NCBI GenBank assembly: GCA_040755995.1
Contig: JBFMAF010000043.1
Location: forward strand, 96,001 to 160,000
Direction: 5' to 3'
Length of the DNA stretch: 64,000 nt
From: Acidobacteriota bacterium
Lineage (GTDB): Bacteria > Acidobacteriota > CAIWXX01
The position numbers were made by a program, and so were the translations under genes. Shown here in pieces: positions 9,609-18,909 of this stretch; within the stretch, counting starts at the first letter, position 1, and the number at the start of each line of letters is the position of its first letter. The notes beneath the pieces were generated by a model. It was given only the letters and a program-made list of their open reading frames with translations. It did not search any database and was not told the DNA's origin.

Positions 9609-10823
9609 ATGACGGCGGGGTGGTCGTACGAACCGATGCGGGCGCTGGTGGCGCACGAGAGGCTACCGGTTGCGATCGTGGATCTTGATATTCTCGATGC
9701 TAACGTCGGCAGGCTGCGAGCGATAGCAGAGCGAGAGAACAAGCGTATCCGCCTGGCGACGAAGTCCGTACGCGTGCCTGCGCTGATCCGCTACGTCATG
9801 GAACAAGGCCGAGGCGTGATCCGCGGCCTGATGTGCTACAGCCTCGAAGAGGCGTTCCTGCTGGCTTCGCTCGATTTGGATGACTTTCTCGTTGCCTACC
9901 CGACGGTACGACGGGACGACCTGGAATCTGCGGAGAAGATCGTGCGGATGGGCAAGAGCATCGTTCTGATGGTCGACTCCGAGGCGCATCTATCAGCCCT
10001 GGAGGCATTCTGGGGCCGAACCGGCCTGCCGCCGCTTGCGGTGTGTGTCGACATGGACGTCTCGTACCGGCCCCTCGGCGGTGCGGCTCACCTTGGTGTC
10101 CGTCGATCTCCGATCCGATCCATCGACGACTTCTGTGCGGTGATCGCGGTTCTGCGCGAGAAGAAGCGCCTGCGACTCGCCGGTGTGATGGCCTACGAAG
10201 CGCAGATCGCCGGCGTGACGGACCGCAACCCTTTCTCGCCGCTCTTGAACCCGGCCAAGAGAATGATCAAGACGCTGTCGCGGCGGGACGTGGCGGCCAA
10301 GCGTGCTCGGGTCAGCCGGCTGCTCGAGCAGCAGGGCGTCAAGTTGGAGTTCTTCAATGGAGGAGGGACGGGAAGCATCAGAACTACGGCGCGCGAGCCG
10401 TGGATCACGGAGGTGACTGCCGGTTCGGGCTTTCTGCAGTCGCACCTTTTCGACTACTACCGGGCGAATGAGAATGCGCCTGCCTTCTGCTTTGCGCTGC
10501 AGGTGAGCCGCGTACCCGAGCCCGGTGTCGTCACGTGTCTCGGCGGAGGCTACGTCGCCAGCGGCGAGTCGTCGCCGGATAAGGCGCCGGTTCCATTTCT
10601 TCCGCGCGACTTGAAGCCGTTCCCTCGCGAGGGATTCGGCGAGGTCCAGACGCCGTTGATCAACGGATCGGGCTACGATTTGAAGGTGGGCGATCCGGTA
10701 TTCTTCAGGCCGGCCAAAGCAGGCGAGATCGCCGAGCGTTTCTCGGAGTACCTGCTAGTTCGGCAGGGGAGAATCGTCGATCGCGCCAAGACGTACCGCG
10801 GGATGGGCCACTGCTTCTTCTGA
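9609..10823 (+). CDS. Fold-type III PLP enzyme (alanine racemase/DSD1-like deaminase-aldolase)
   Basis: IRLATKSVR (PLP Lys), MAYEAQIAG, NGGGTGS, EVTAGSG, FRPAKAGE. Start set at ATG 9609 because the longer ORF start is just repeat sequence. Confidence 0.85.
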   Translation: MTAGWSYEPMRALVAHERLPVAIVDLDILDANVGRLRAIAERENKRIRLATKSVRVPALIRYVMEQGRGVIRGLMCYSLEEAFLLASLDLDDFLVAYPTVRRDDLESAEKIVRMGKSIVLMVDSEAHLSALEAFWGRTGLPPLAVCVDMDVSYRPLGGAAHLGVRRSPIRSIDDFCAVIAVLREKKRLRLAGVMAYEAQIAGVTDRNPFSPLLNPAKRMIKTLSRRDVAAKRARVSRLLEQQGVKLEFFNGGGTGSIRTTAREPWITEVTAGSGFLQSHLFDYYRANENAPAFCFALQVSRVPEPGVVTCLGGGYVASGESSPDKAPVPFLPRDLKPFPREGFGEVQTPLINGSGYDLKVGDPVFFRPAKAGEIAERFSEYLLVRQGRIVDRAKTYRGMGHCFF

Positions 10824-10906
10824 CCGCCGCCGATGAACTCCTTGCGGTCTATCGCAGCCGTCTGATTTTCGTGCCCCCGCTTGTCGGCTTAGCGCTGAGA
10901 CTTCGA

Positions 10907-11143
10907 TCACTTTGTCAGGGAGTGCAGTCCGCCGCCAAGGACGAACAGCGTCCCACCGGCAAGCACCAAGATGATGCAGGGCCATACCGTGCGCCACCGG
11001 CTCATGAGGTAGTAGACCCACACTATCGGAACAAACAGCGATGCGACACCCCAAAGTGCCTCATCGTGCCTGAAGGCCAGCACGACCGTGAGCAACCATC
11101 CGACTACATAGAGTACCAGTCCGACCAAGGCCAATCCCCCCAT
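10907..11143 (-). CDS. Small multi-pass membrane protein
   Basis: AGGAGG RBS; about three hydrophobic segments; LAF...WG...LFVP pattern. Confidence 0.6.
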   Translation of the reverse strand: MGGLALVGLVLYVVGWLLTVVLAFRHDEALWGVASLFVPIVWVYYLMSRWRTVWPCIILVLAGGTLFVLGGGLHSLTK

Positions 11144-11328
11144 CACCGCCCTCCTGGAAGGTCTCACCTGAACTATGCGCCCCTGGCGGGCCGGTGTCAA
11201 TCGTGTGCAGCGCGCTCACCGGTAGCGCGATTCCGCGCGCCCTTCAGATCCGTTTCGTGTACGCACGGCGTCCGGCGCGCTGTGTACTGGCCCGCGGCCG
11301 GAACCCGCGCGAGGTCGCACTCAGGATG

Positions 11329-11739
11329 TCAGTTGTTGGTTCTGTGATAGGTGATGGGGGACAACGGAGCTGAACGAACCCGGGCCAAAGTACCGTCTGG
11401 ATTCCGGGTGAAGGATGTCGGAGTCGTCTTGCTTTCACCGGTTTCGAAGCACTTGACCACGAAATCATCCGATCTTAGCGAGCGTCGGCCCCGCATTACA
11501 GCCGTACCTTGACCGATTGCTCTGCCGCCACTACACAGAGTGAAGAATGTGTCATAGAGAAGCAGCTGGACTGTGCCGTCGCCGTTGTCGGTAATCGAAA
11601 GGACCTGGTGGGAGCCATCATCCGGGTCAACTGACTCCCAGAGACCAACAAACCGGCCGATGCTTCCTTGCTCCGCCGCACCAGCCGCGGGTGCTGTGAG
11701 GAGAAGTAAGATGGCTGCCGTGATGAGCGTGTGTCTCAT
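11329..11739 (-). CDS. Secreted hypothetical beta-rich protein
   Basis: AGGAGG upstream; signal peptide; FVGLWES (lipocalin-like GxW); two Cys. Confidence 0.65.
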   Translation of the reverse strand: MRHTLITAAILLLLTAPAAGAAEQGSIGRFVGLWESVDPDDGSHQVLSITDNGDGTVQLLLYDTFFTLCSGGRAIGQGTAVMRGRRSLRSDDFVVKCFETGESKTTPTSFTRNPDGTLARVRSAPLSPITYHRTNN

Positions 11740-12193
11740 TTCCCTTGCCTCCTCCTATTGTGAGTGTTTGACGCGCTCATAGCGGACGGGCGTCAACGAG
11801 TTCACCTTCCGAATGTCCGGCTTCCGGATCTCTACCTTCACCATCGGCGCCGTTGAATGTGAACCTACCGGCGATCACGCCGCCGCTGACTGTGCCAGTG
11901 AAGCCCTGTGTGCAACGATAGGTATTTCCCTGGCCTGTGCTGTTGCGCTCGATGGTTGTCAGATTGCGGCTGACGCTGCCGCGCAGCTGATTGCGGCCAA
12001 GTCCTGGGCGACAGGTCTTCCAAGCATCGTGATTCTCCCTCAGGCCGAAAGGGAGCCCTTGACTATGAACGTGCGGCGTTCGGCGGTAGATCACGGCTGG
12101 AGTGTAGGGCTGACGTGCCCTGATGTCAACTGATCCTGGAAGTCGGAGTCGGGGTCGGGGGCGTCAGACTCGGCCTCCGCCAGGGGTCGCGGG

Positions 12194-13681
12194 TCAGCAC
12201 GTGAACAGCCGTGCGACCTCGGACTTTAGCGTCTTGCCCATCGCGTTGCGGGGCAGGGAGTCCAGCAGAACGGCGCGTCGAGGGACCTTGTACGGTGCCA
12301 GCCGGGTGCTGGACCATGACTTCAGCGCTTCGGGATCGAGATCGCTGCCCGGGCGAAGCTGGACAGCGGCGGCGACCACTTCGCCTAAATGGGGATCTGC
12401 CACACCCACCACCGCGCAGTCGTCCACGTCGGGGTGAGCTCGGAGGACCTCTTCGACTTCCAGCGCGGACACTTTGTAGCCGCCGGTCTTGATGATATCG
12501 ACACTGGCCCGCCCCAGGATGCGATGGTAGCCGTCCTCTACTGCTGCGACGTCGCCCGTGCGGAACCAACCGTCGTGAAAGGATGCCTGGGTGGCCTTTG
12601 GCTTGCCCCAGTATTCCAAGAAGACTCCGGGTCCCTTCACCTCGATCTCGCCTGCCACACCGGGCTCCACAACCGAGCCCCGTTCGTCGACGATTCGAAC
12701 CTCGACCTGAGGGAGCGGCCTGCCCACAGTGCCCGGGCGCCGCTCGCCGTCAAGCGGGTTCGATAACGCCATGCCGATTTCGGTCATACCGTAGCGTTCG
12801 AGCAGCTCCATACCGCTGATCGCCCGCCACTTCTCGAAGAGCTGCACGGGCAAGGCGGCCGATCCCGAGACCATCAGGCGGAACCGGCGGCAGGCGGCCG
12901 ACATTGCCCTGCGTCGCCCCGGCGGCGATCGATCCCACGCGGCCGCCAGCCTCGCGTACATCGTCGGGATTCCCATGAACAGCGTGAGCTGGCCCCTCGC
13001 GAACCGTTCCCAGACCTGCTCCGCGTCGAACTTCCCCTGCATCTCACATGACGCGCCCGCCCACAGCGCGCAGGTGAGAACGTTGATGATGCCGTGGATG
13101 TGATGGAGCGGCAGAGTGCAGAGGATGCGATCCGACTCGGTCCATCCCCACGCACCGGCGAGCGTTGTCACCTGCGCCTGGATGTTGCGATGCGTGGTCA
13201 CGACCCCCTTGGGCTTGCTCGTCGTGCCGCTCGTGTACACGATCATGGCGCGCCTGGACGGACACACATCCGGGAGCGTCCCGCGGGCGGCCCCTTCCGG
13301 AACGTCACCGATTGTCAGCGAGCGCAGGCCACGCGCCTCCGCGATGGGTCGCAGCTGCGCTTCGCAGCTGCGGTGTGTGATCACCATACCAGCACCGCAA
13401 TCGTCGACGGCGTACTCGTGTTCGGTCCGGGTGTGCAGCGCGCTCAGCGGTACCGCGATTCCGCCCGCCCTCCAGATCCCCCACTGAGCCGCCGCGTAGT
13501 CGAAGCTCGACGGCACGAGATAGGCGACCCGCGCTTCGCACAGATCAGCTGCGCCTGCGAGGAGGAGCGATGCGATCGCGTGCGATGCGTCCAACAGATT
13601 CTTGAACGAAAATGCCCCTCGCGAATCGACGATCGCGATGCGATCGCCGTGTGACTCGGCCTGACCGACCAGCGGGATCAC
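12194..13681 (-). CDS. Acyl-CoA synthetase (MatB/ACSF3-like AMP-binding enzyme)
   Basis: YTSGTTSKPKG, ERYGMTE, FRTGD, IIKTGGYKVS, PRNAMGK. Confidence 0.92.
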   Translation of the reverse strand: MIPLVGQAESHGDRIAIVDSRGAFSFKNLLDASHAIASLLLAGAADLCEARVAYLVPSSFDYAAAQWGIWRAGGIAVPLSALHTRTEHEYAVDDCGAGMVITHRSCEAQLRPIAEARGLRSLTIGDVPEGAARGTLPDVCPSRRAMIVYTSGTTSKPKGVVTTHRNIQAQVTTLAGAWGWTESDRILCTLPLHHIHGIINVLTCALWAGASCEMQGKFDAEQVWERFARGQLTLFMGIPTMYARLAAAWDRSPPGRRRAMSAACRRFRLMVSGSAALPVQLFEKWRAISGMELLERYGMTEIGMALSNPLDGERRPGTVGRPLPQVEVRIVDERGSVVEPGVAGEIEVKGPGVFLEYWGKPKATQASFHDGWFRTGDVAAVEDGYHRILGRASVDIIKTGGYKVSALEVEEVLRAHPDVDDCAVVGVADPHLGEVVAAAVQLRPGSDLDPEALKSWSSTRLAPYKVPRRAVLLDSLPRNAMGKTLKSEVARLFTC

Positions 13682-13789
13682 TATGCGCTAGTCCTTTCGC
13701 CACAGGACCTTCGAGTACGAGTCACCGCAGTGGGAAGCCGACTGGGTGACGCTTGACGGGCGAGACGCTGAGTGCCAAGTCCGGTCTCC

Positions 13790-15097
13790 TCAGCGCGTCT
13801 CCGTCTCCCGGCGTCCGCGCGTCGCCTGTCGCCGTGCCTGCTTGCGCATGTAGTTTTTCGCCAGCTCCATGAAGATTCCGACGTCCTGGTCGACGGATTT
13901 CTGGGTTCCGTCGAAGTAGAACGTGCGAATCGGGATGCCGTCATGATCGGCGCTTATCCTTGGATAGATCGCCTCGCAGACAATCCCGTTCATGCATGTG
14001 AACGGGCTTATCTCGGCGATTCCGCAGGCGCCCTTCTCGTAAAGGTAGACCGCCTTCCCGACGCTCAGCACCATCTCTCCCATGGTTCCGTAGTGCGGGA
14101 GATACGGCAGGCTCCTCTGCAGTATCTCCGCGACGCTGTGCGGCTCTTCGCGGCCTTTCAGCAGCCCGCGCACCGGCTCGTACAGCGCATGCTCCTCTTT
14201 CTGCTGAATTGTGTTCTTCAGCCTGGCCTTGAGCATGGTGAGCGTGTACTTCTTGCCGGCCTCGGTGAGTTTTCTGATCTGTTCGCGGTTCGTGTACCAG
14301 ACCCACTCGGCGATGTCCGACAGCCAGCACTCGCCGCCGTGCTCCTCGATCTTTCGAATCACCTCTTCGTTGCTGAATGTCGAGAGCCTGCAGAAGATCT
14401 CGCCCACTACTCCGATGAGCGGGCGGCGCTCATTGCGGATTCTGATCGCACGGAACCGCTCGGCCACCCGGCCCATCGCGGCGGCCAGCTCGAGAAGCTT
14501 CTGCTTCTGATGGATGCCGCGGCGTTCGAGCACGGCGCAGGTTTCGGCGAGCGCGTCTTCGGTGGCCTGGTCCGCGTCGCCCTTGTGGATCTCGTACGGG
14601 CGGTACCGGAGCCGGAGCTTGCGGATGATATCGGCCGCCAGCAGCGCGCGCCACGACGTCCTGATGAGCTCGCCCGCGTGCTGGCCGATCCCGTCGTAGC
14701 TGTTCGTACTGGTCGGGGCCAGGACCGGGACGTCCTCGTGGCCGAGCTCACGGAGGACTTTCCGAAGATACGGCGCGTACTGGCCGAAACGGCAAGGCCC
14801 ATCGGCAGTGGGCATGAAGAACGCGACTTTGTCGGCGCCGAGAACCTCGATGCCACGCAGGAAATCACCGAGGGTGATCTTCTCCGGGTAGCATTCGTCG
14901 CCCGACGTGTATCGGCCTCCGAGCTCCAGAGTGCGATCGTTCGGTGGAAGCACCGGCATGGCCGCGACGCCGATCGAGCGAAAGGCCGCCGCGAAGGTCG
15001 TGGCGCCTTCGTCGCTCATCCTGGGGATGAGCAGCGTGCGCCCTCGCAGCCGGTCGATTGCCGGGATCTCCTGGAAGATTTTTGCGGCTTTGTTCAT
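13790..15097 (-). CDS. 2-hydroxyacyl-CoA dehydratase-like Fe-S subunit (activase-associated)
   Basis: SGDECYP, GPCRFGQY, VGEIFCR, PFTCMNG; ATGA overlap with the activase gene. Confidence 0.8.
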   Translation of the reverse strand: MNKAAKIFQEIPAIDRLRGRTLLIPRMSDEGATTFAAAFRSIGVAAMPVLPPNDRTLELGGRYTSGDECYPEKITLGDFLRGIEVLGADKVAFFMPTADGPCRFGQYAPYLRKVLRELGHEDVPVLAPTSTNSYDGIGQHAGELIRTSWRALLAADIIRKLRLRYRPYEIHKGDADQATEDALAETCAVLERRGIHQKQKLLELAAAMGRVAERFRAIRIRNERRPLIGVVGEIFCRLSTFSNEEVIRKIEEHGGECWLSDIAEWVWYTNREQIRKLTEAGKKYTLTMLKARLKNTIQQKEEHALYEPVRGLLKGREEPHSVAEILQRSLPYLPHYGTMGEMVLSVGKAVYLYEKGACGIAEISPFTCMNGIVCEAIYPRISADHDGIPIRTFYFDGTQKSVDQDVGIFMELAKNYMRKQARRQATRGRRETETR

Positions 15098-18000
15098 GAG
15101 CGGCTCGCCTCCATCGCAGGCTTCTCGGCCGCGGCGGGCGGCTTCGGCGCCCACCTCCGGAGAAACCCCTTGCTGTCGAGGTACGCTTCGCAACGAGTCA
15201 TGATGCCGGCGTCGTTGGCATGCCCATCGTACTGCAGCGACAGGTACGGCCTCCCCGAGGCGTCTCCGACGAAATGCTTGACGTAGGAGTCCGGGCCGCA
15301 CTTGAAGTTGGTTATGTAGACGATGTCGAGATACGGGTTTTTCTCCACGAACCTCGCCGCCTGCAGTATCTTCCTCCCGTAGTTCCAGTACATCGCCGGG
15401 TTCACGTCGCGAACGCTGATGTCGTCGAGGGGCAGGAAATCCATCGGTATGACGTTGACTCCATAGTAGTCTCGCAGCTTCGACGGGGTGTTCAGATTCA
15501 CGCCGCGATCGTAGATGTTGTAGGAGCGTCCCACCAGCACGATGCCCGGCTCGCCGGTCTGTTCGAGAACAGCCAGCGCTTCCCTGCCTGCATCATTCAG
15601 GCTTTTCCAGAAATCCCGTTGCGCCGCGAATGCCAGCTGAGCGGCCCGGCGGATTCTCTTTTCGGGAATCTTGAATCTTCTTGCGAAATAGTCAGCAAGC
15701 TCCTTTGCGACGCCGTCCTCGCCCAGGCGGAAGTGGACGGTCGGCGTGAGCATCTTCGGCTCGTGCACCTGCAGCGTCTTGGCACTTCGGATGACCCACG
15801 GAAGCGTCTGGCCCCAGGGGCAGAGATGCGATCCGACATCGTGGAACTGCGTCTCGGCGTTCATGAGATTGGGCTGGAAGACATAGTCGACACCCTTCGC
15901 TGCGATCTCGACCATGTGCCCGTGAGCGACCTTGACGGGAAAACAGGGCTCGGCCACCGTCGCGTCGACACCCGCGGCCGTGATGTGCTTGTTGGTTGGA
16001 TTGGACACCAGGATGTCGAAGCCGATTTCCCGCAGGAACACGCGGTAGAACGGGAAGCGGTCGAAGAAATACATGCTCCGCGGGATGCCGACCAGCGGCT
16101 GGCCGGTCCGCTCCTCGTTGTAGTCCTTCATCAGAAGCTGCTCGCGCAACGCGATCAGATCCGGGATAACGGGCTTCCTTTCCACCTTCGCGCGCTTGCG
16201 GAACTGGTCGGAGCACTTGTCGCCCCAGTACGTCTTGTTTCCCTCGACCCTGAATTCCTGGATGTCGCAGAAGTTCGAGCAGGCCTTGCACGTGAATGAG
16301 CGGATGGTGTAATCGACGGCGTCGAGACGATACCCGCGGAATGTGGTGGTCCTGCCGGTCCGCTCGATCTTCTCCTTCGCCAGCAACGCCATGCCGATTG
16401 CACCGATCACCCCGTTGTGCGGCGGCACGATGATCGGTCTCTTCAAGATGGTGGCGAAAGCCGCGGCCACCGAGTCGTTGTAGGCCGTGCCGCCCTGAAA
16501 GTAGATGGCGTTGCCGATCCGGCGGCCACGAACGACGCGGTTCAGGTAGTTCCACGCGATGGAGTAGGCGAGGCCGGCCACCAGGTCCTCCTTGGTGGCT
16601 CCTCTCTGCAGATAAGGAACCAGCTCCTTCTCCATGAACACCGTGCAGCGCTCACCCAGGCGTATCGGCTTCTCCGATGACAGAGCCAGTTGGGAGAACT
16701 CTCCCTGGATCCTGATCCCCAGCCGCTCTGCCTGCTCCTCTAAGAACGATCCCGTCCCAGCCGCGCATGCCTCGTTCATCGCGAAGTCGACGACCACACC
16801 GTGCTCGATGCTGATGAACTTCGAATCCTGACCGCCGATCTCGAAGATCGTGTCGACCTCGCCGCCGATCAGGCGCTGGCCGACGTACTGCGCTCCGGTC
16901 TTGTGTGCGGTGATCTCGTCGTTGATCGTGTCCGCACCGCTCAGTTCCCCAATCAGCTCGCGCCCCGATCCGGTAGTGCCCACCCCGCGGATCACGATCC
17001 TGTCGCCGATCTCATCCTCTATCTCCCGCAGCCCGCGATTCACGACCTCGATCGGCCGCGACTCGGTCCGCACGTAGATCTCCTTGATCAGCTCGCCTTT
17101 CTCGTCGATGACGGCAAGGTTGGTGGAAACGGAGCCGATGTCGATCCCGAGGTAGGTGTTGAGGGGGAGCGTCTTGCCCTCGAATGAGTAGGGCCTGATC
17201 CTGTCGCGGAGCAGCACGACCTGCTCCGTCGAGAGCGGCTCCGTGCGTGGAAGCCCCTCGGCCGCCTCGCTCGAGCGGATGTCGAGGGCCGAGAGATCAC
17301 CGAGCTCGCTGTTCGTCTCTTCTTCAGCCTCGAGCAGAGCCGCGCCGATGGCGCCCATGAAGGCGAATGCGGTGGGCACGATCATCTTGCCCTCCGCCAG
17401 CAGGAACACGTCGCGCATCGCCTGCACGACTCCGCGGTTCGCCGCGACACCGCCGATGAAGGCGACCGTGGGATAGACCGGCTTGCCTTTGACGATGCTC
17501 CCTTTGAAATTTCTGACCACCGCCTCGCAGAGGCCCTTCAGAATCTGGGCCGGGCTGAATCCCTTCTGCTGTGCGTGAATCATGTCGGATTTGGCAAAGA
17601 CCGAGCACCTGCCGGCAATCGTCGCCGCGGCTTCCGCCGTCATGACCACGTCCCCGACTTCCTCTATGTTGTATCGCAGCCTTGATGCCTGCTGGTCCAT
17701 GAACGAGCCGGTCCCGGCGGCGCAGTCCCCGTTCTTCTCGTAGTCGGCAATGCCGGCACCGTCGCCGTCCGCGTGCGGCTCGAGCAGAAGGTACTTCGAC
17801 GTGTCGCCGCCCATCTCGAACACCGTCCGCACCTCGGGGTGCATCACGCCGAACGCCTTCGCTATCGCGCGGAACTCGTTCTCGTATGCCGCGTTGATCG
17901 ACTTGGCGACAGCCGCACCCCCGGAGCCCGTTGTGTGGATGCCTGCGATGCGGTCGCGGGGGACGAGCTGGAGGAGCTCCTCGAGCAGCTCCAGCGCAGT

Positions 18001-18201
18001 ACTCGCAGGCTCGCCCTTTGTCCTCCTGTACGTGGATATGAAGATCGGTCTGCCACTCCTCGCGAGCGAGCCCGGCCCCATTGCCTCGAGGAACATGCCA
18101 CTGGTGAGAACTGTTCGCTTGACGAGATCTATATCCTCCTGCTCGCCGACTCCAGCCAGCTTGGCGCTTACCGAACCGATGTCCAACCCCAGGTATATCA
18201 T
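15094..18201 (-). CDS. Acyl-CoA dehydratase activase: two BadF/BadG/BcrAD ATPase domains plus DUF2229-like domain
   Basis: Two copies of GxDIGSVS...GGxDxK...CAAGTGSF...RC(S/T)VF; C-terminal PCFPVK, LCPW, FKCGPD. Confidence 0.9.
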   Translation of the reverse strand: MIYLGLDIGSVSAKLAGVGEQEDIDLVKRTVLTSGMFLEAMGPGSLARSGRPIFISTYRRTKGEPASTALELLEELLQLVPRDRIAGIHTTGSGGAAVAKSINAAYENEFRAIAKAFGVMHPEVRTVFEMGGDTSKYLLLEPHADGDGAGIADYEKNGDCAAGTGSFMDQQASRLRYNIEEVGDVVMTAEAAATIAGRCSVFAKSDMIHAQQKGFSPAQILKGLCEAVVRNFKGSIVKGKPVYPTVAFIGGVAANRGVVQAMRDVFLLAEGKMIVPTAFAFMGAIGAALLEAEEETNSELGDLSALDIRSSEAAEGLPRTEPLSTEQVVLLRDRIRPYSFEGKTLPLNTYLGIDIGSVSTNLAVIDEKGELIKEIYVRTESRPIEVVNRGLREIEDEIGDRIVIRGVGTTGSGRELIGELSGADTINDEITAHKTGAQYVGQRLIGGEVDTIFEIGGQDSKFISIEHGVVVDFAMNEACAAGTGSFLEEQAERLGIRIQGEFSQLALSSEKPIRLGERCTVFMEKELVPYLQRGATKEDLVAGLAYSIAWNYLNRVVRGRRIGNAIYFQGGTAYNDSVAAAFATILKRPIIVPPHNGVIGAIGMALLAKEKIERTGRTTTFRGYRLDAVDYTIRSFTCKACSNFCDIQEFRVEGNKTYWGDKCSDQFRKRAKVERKPVIPDLIALREQLLMKDYNEERTGQPLVGIPRSMYFFDRFPFYRVFLREIGFDILVSNPTNKHITAAGVDATVAEPCFPVKVAHGHMVEIAAKGVDYVFQPNLMNAETQFHDVGSHLCPWGQTLPWVIRSAKTLQVHEPKMLTPTVHFRLGEDGVAKELADYFARRFKIPEKRIRRAAQLAFAAQRDFWKSLNDAGREALAVLEQTGEPGIVLVGRSYNIYDRGVNLNTPSKLRDYYGVNVIPMDFLPLDDISVRDVNPAMYWNYGRKILQAARFVEKNPYLDIVYITNFKCGPDSYVKHFVGDASGRPYLSLQYDGHANDAGIMTRCEAYLDSKGFLRRWAPKPPAAAEKPAMEASRS

Positions 18202-18370
18202 CTGATCACCTCAGCGACTCTCTGCTTCACTCGAACCGGGTGCCGGCTCCTCAACCCTGCGCCCGCATGGTGGCCAGCCGGCCAATCCTCCTCCATCCGA
18301 GGGATTGCCACTGCCAAACTCCCCCTCGGCCACCCGGAACGTAGTTCCGCAGTCCCGGAACAAGTCCACT

Positions 18371-18400
18371 AGACTATGCTCCGACAGGGTGATCTGTCAA
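18371..18400 (-). promoter_or_regulatory. Putative sigma70 promoter of the activase operon
   Basis: Minus strand TTGACA-N18-TAGTCT. Confidence 0.45.
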
Positions 18401-18473
18401 GACGCACTCGAACCTTCGAACCCTTGGGCGCCGAACGGATCCTGGGGGGAGGGTCTTGCGGCTGTTTCGAGTC

Positions 18474-18521
18474 GTACCCGTACCCGTTCCCGAAGTTGGC
18501 GCCGGGCGCGGGTACGGGTAC
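18474..18521. repeat. Inverted hexamer repeats (GTACCC)n/(GGGTAC)n forming a hairpin
   Basis: GTACCCGTACCCGTTCCCG ... CGGGCGCGGGTACGGGTAC. Confidence 0.75.
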
Positions 18522-18642
18522 TATCGCAGCGAGACAATCCTCAGACAGGTCAAGCACCCCGAGACGGGCGCAGCCGAGATAGGCCCAGACCAGACCCTCA
18601 ATCGGCTCCGAAATCGGGCACGTTCCGACCGGGACGATCGAT

Positions 18643-18813
18643 CTACTTGATCGCCTTCTGCGCTTTCTGCGCCGATGCCTTCGAATAGAGGGCGCAGGGG
18701 CCTTTCTTTCCGTCCGGCTTGATTCCTGCCGCCTTGATGGCATCCTTCAGCTTCTTCTCGGATACTCCCAGCTCTTTTGCCCAGCTCCCGGCGCTCTTCA
18801 GATCTTCGGCCAT
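18643..18813 (-). CDS. 56-aa Lys/Ala-rich putative HTH/nucleic-acid-binding protein
   Basis: GGAGG RBS; MAEDLKSAGSWAKELGVSEKKLKDAIKAAGIKPD...; codon usage looks like a genuine gene. Confidence 0.7.
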   Translation of the reverse strand: MAEDLKSAGSWAKELGVSEKKLKDAIKAAGIKPDGKKGPCALYSKASAQKAQKAIK

Positions 18814-18909
18814 CGTATTCCTCCGTTCTTCGCTATTATTCCGCCGCGGATCATAGCATAAGGAGATCAAGTCTCGAAATCGGACTCGATGCCTCTGACG
18901 CCTCGACGC

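Noticed and set aside
11777..12130. 105-aa ORFs on both strands
   Set aside because: No RBS or recognisable motif; possibly a gene remnant but not supportable.
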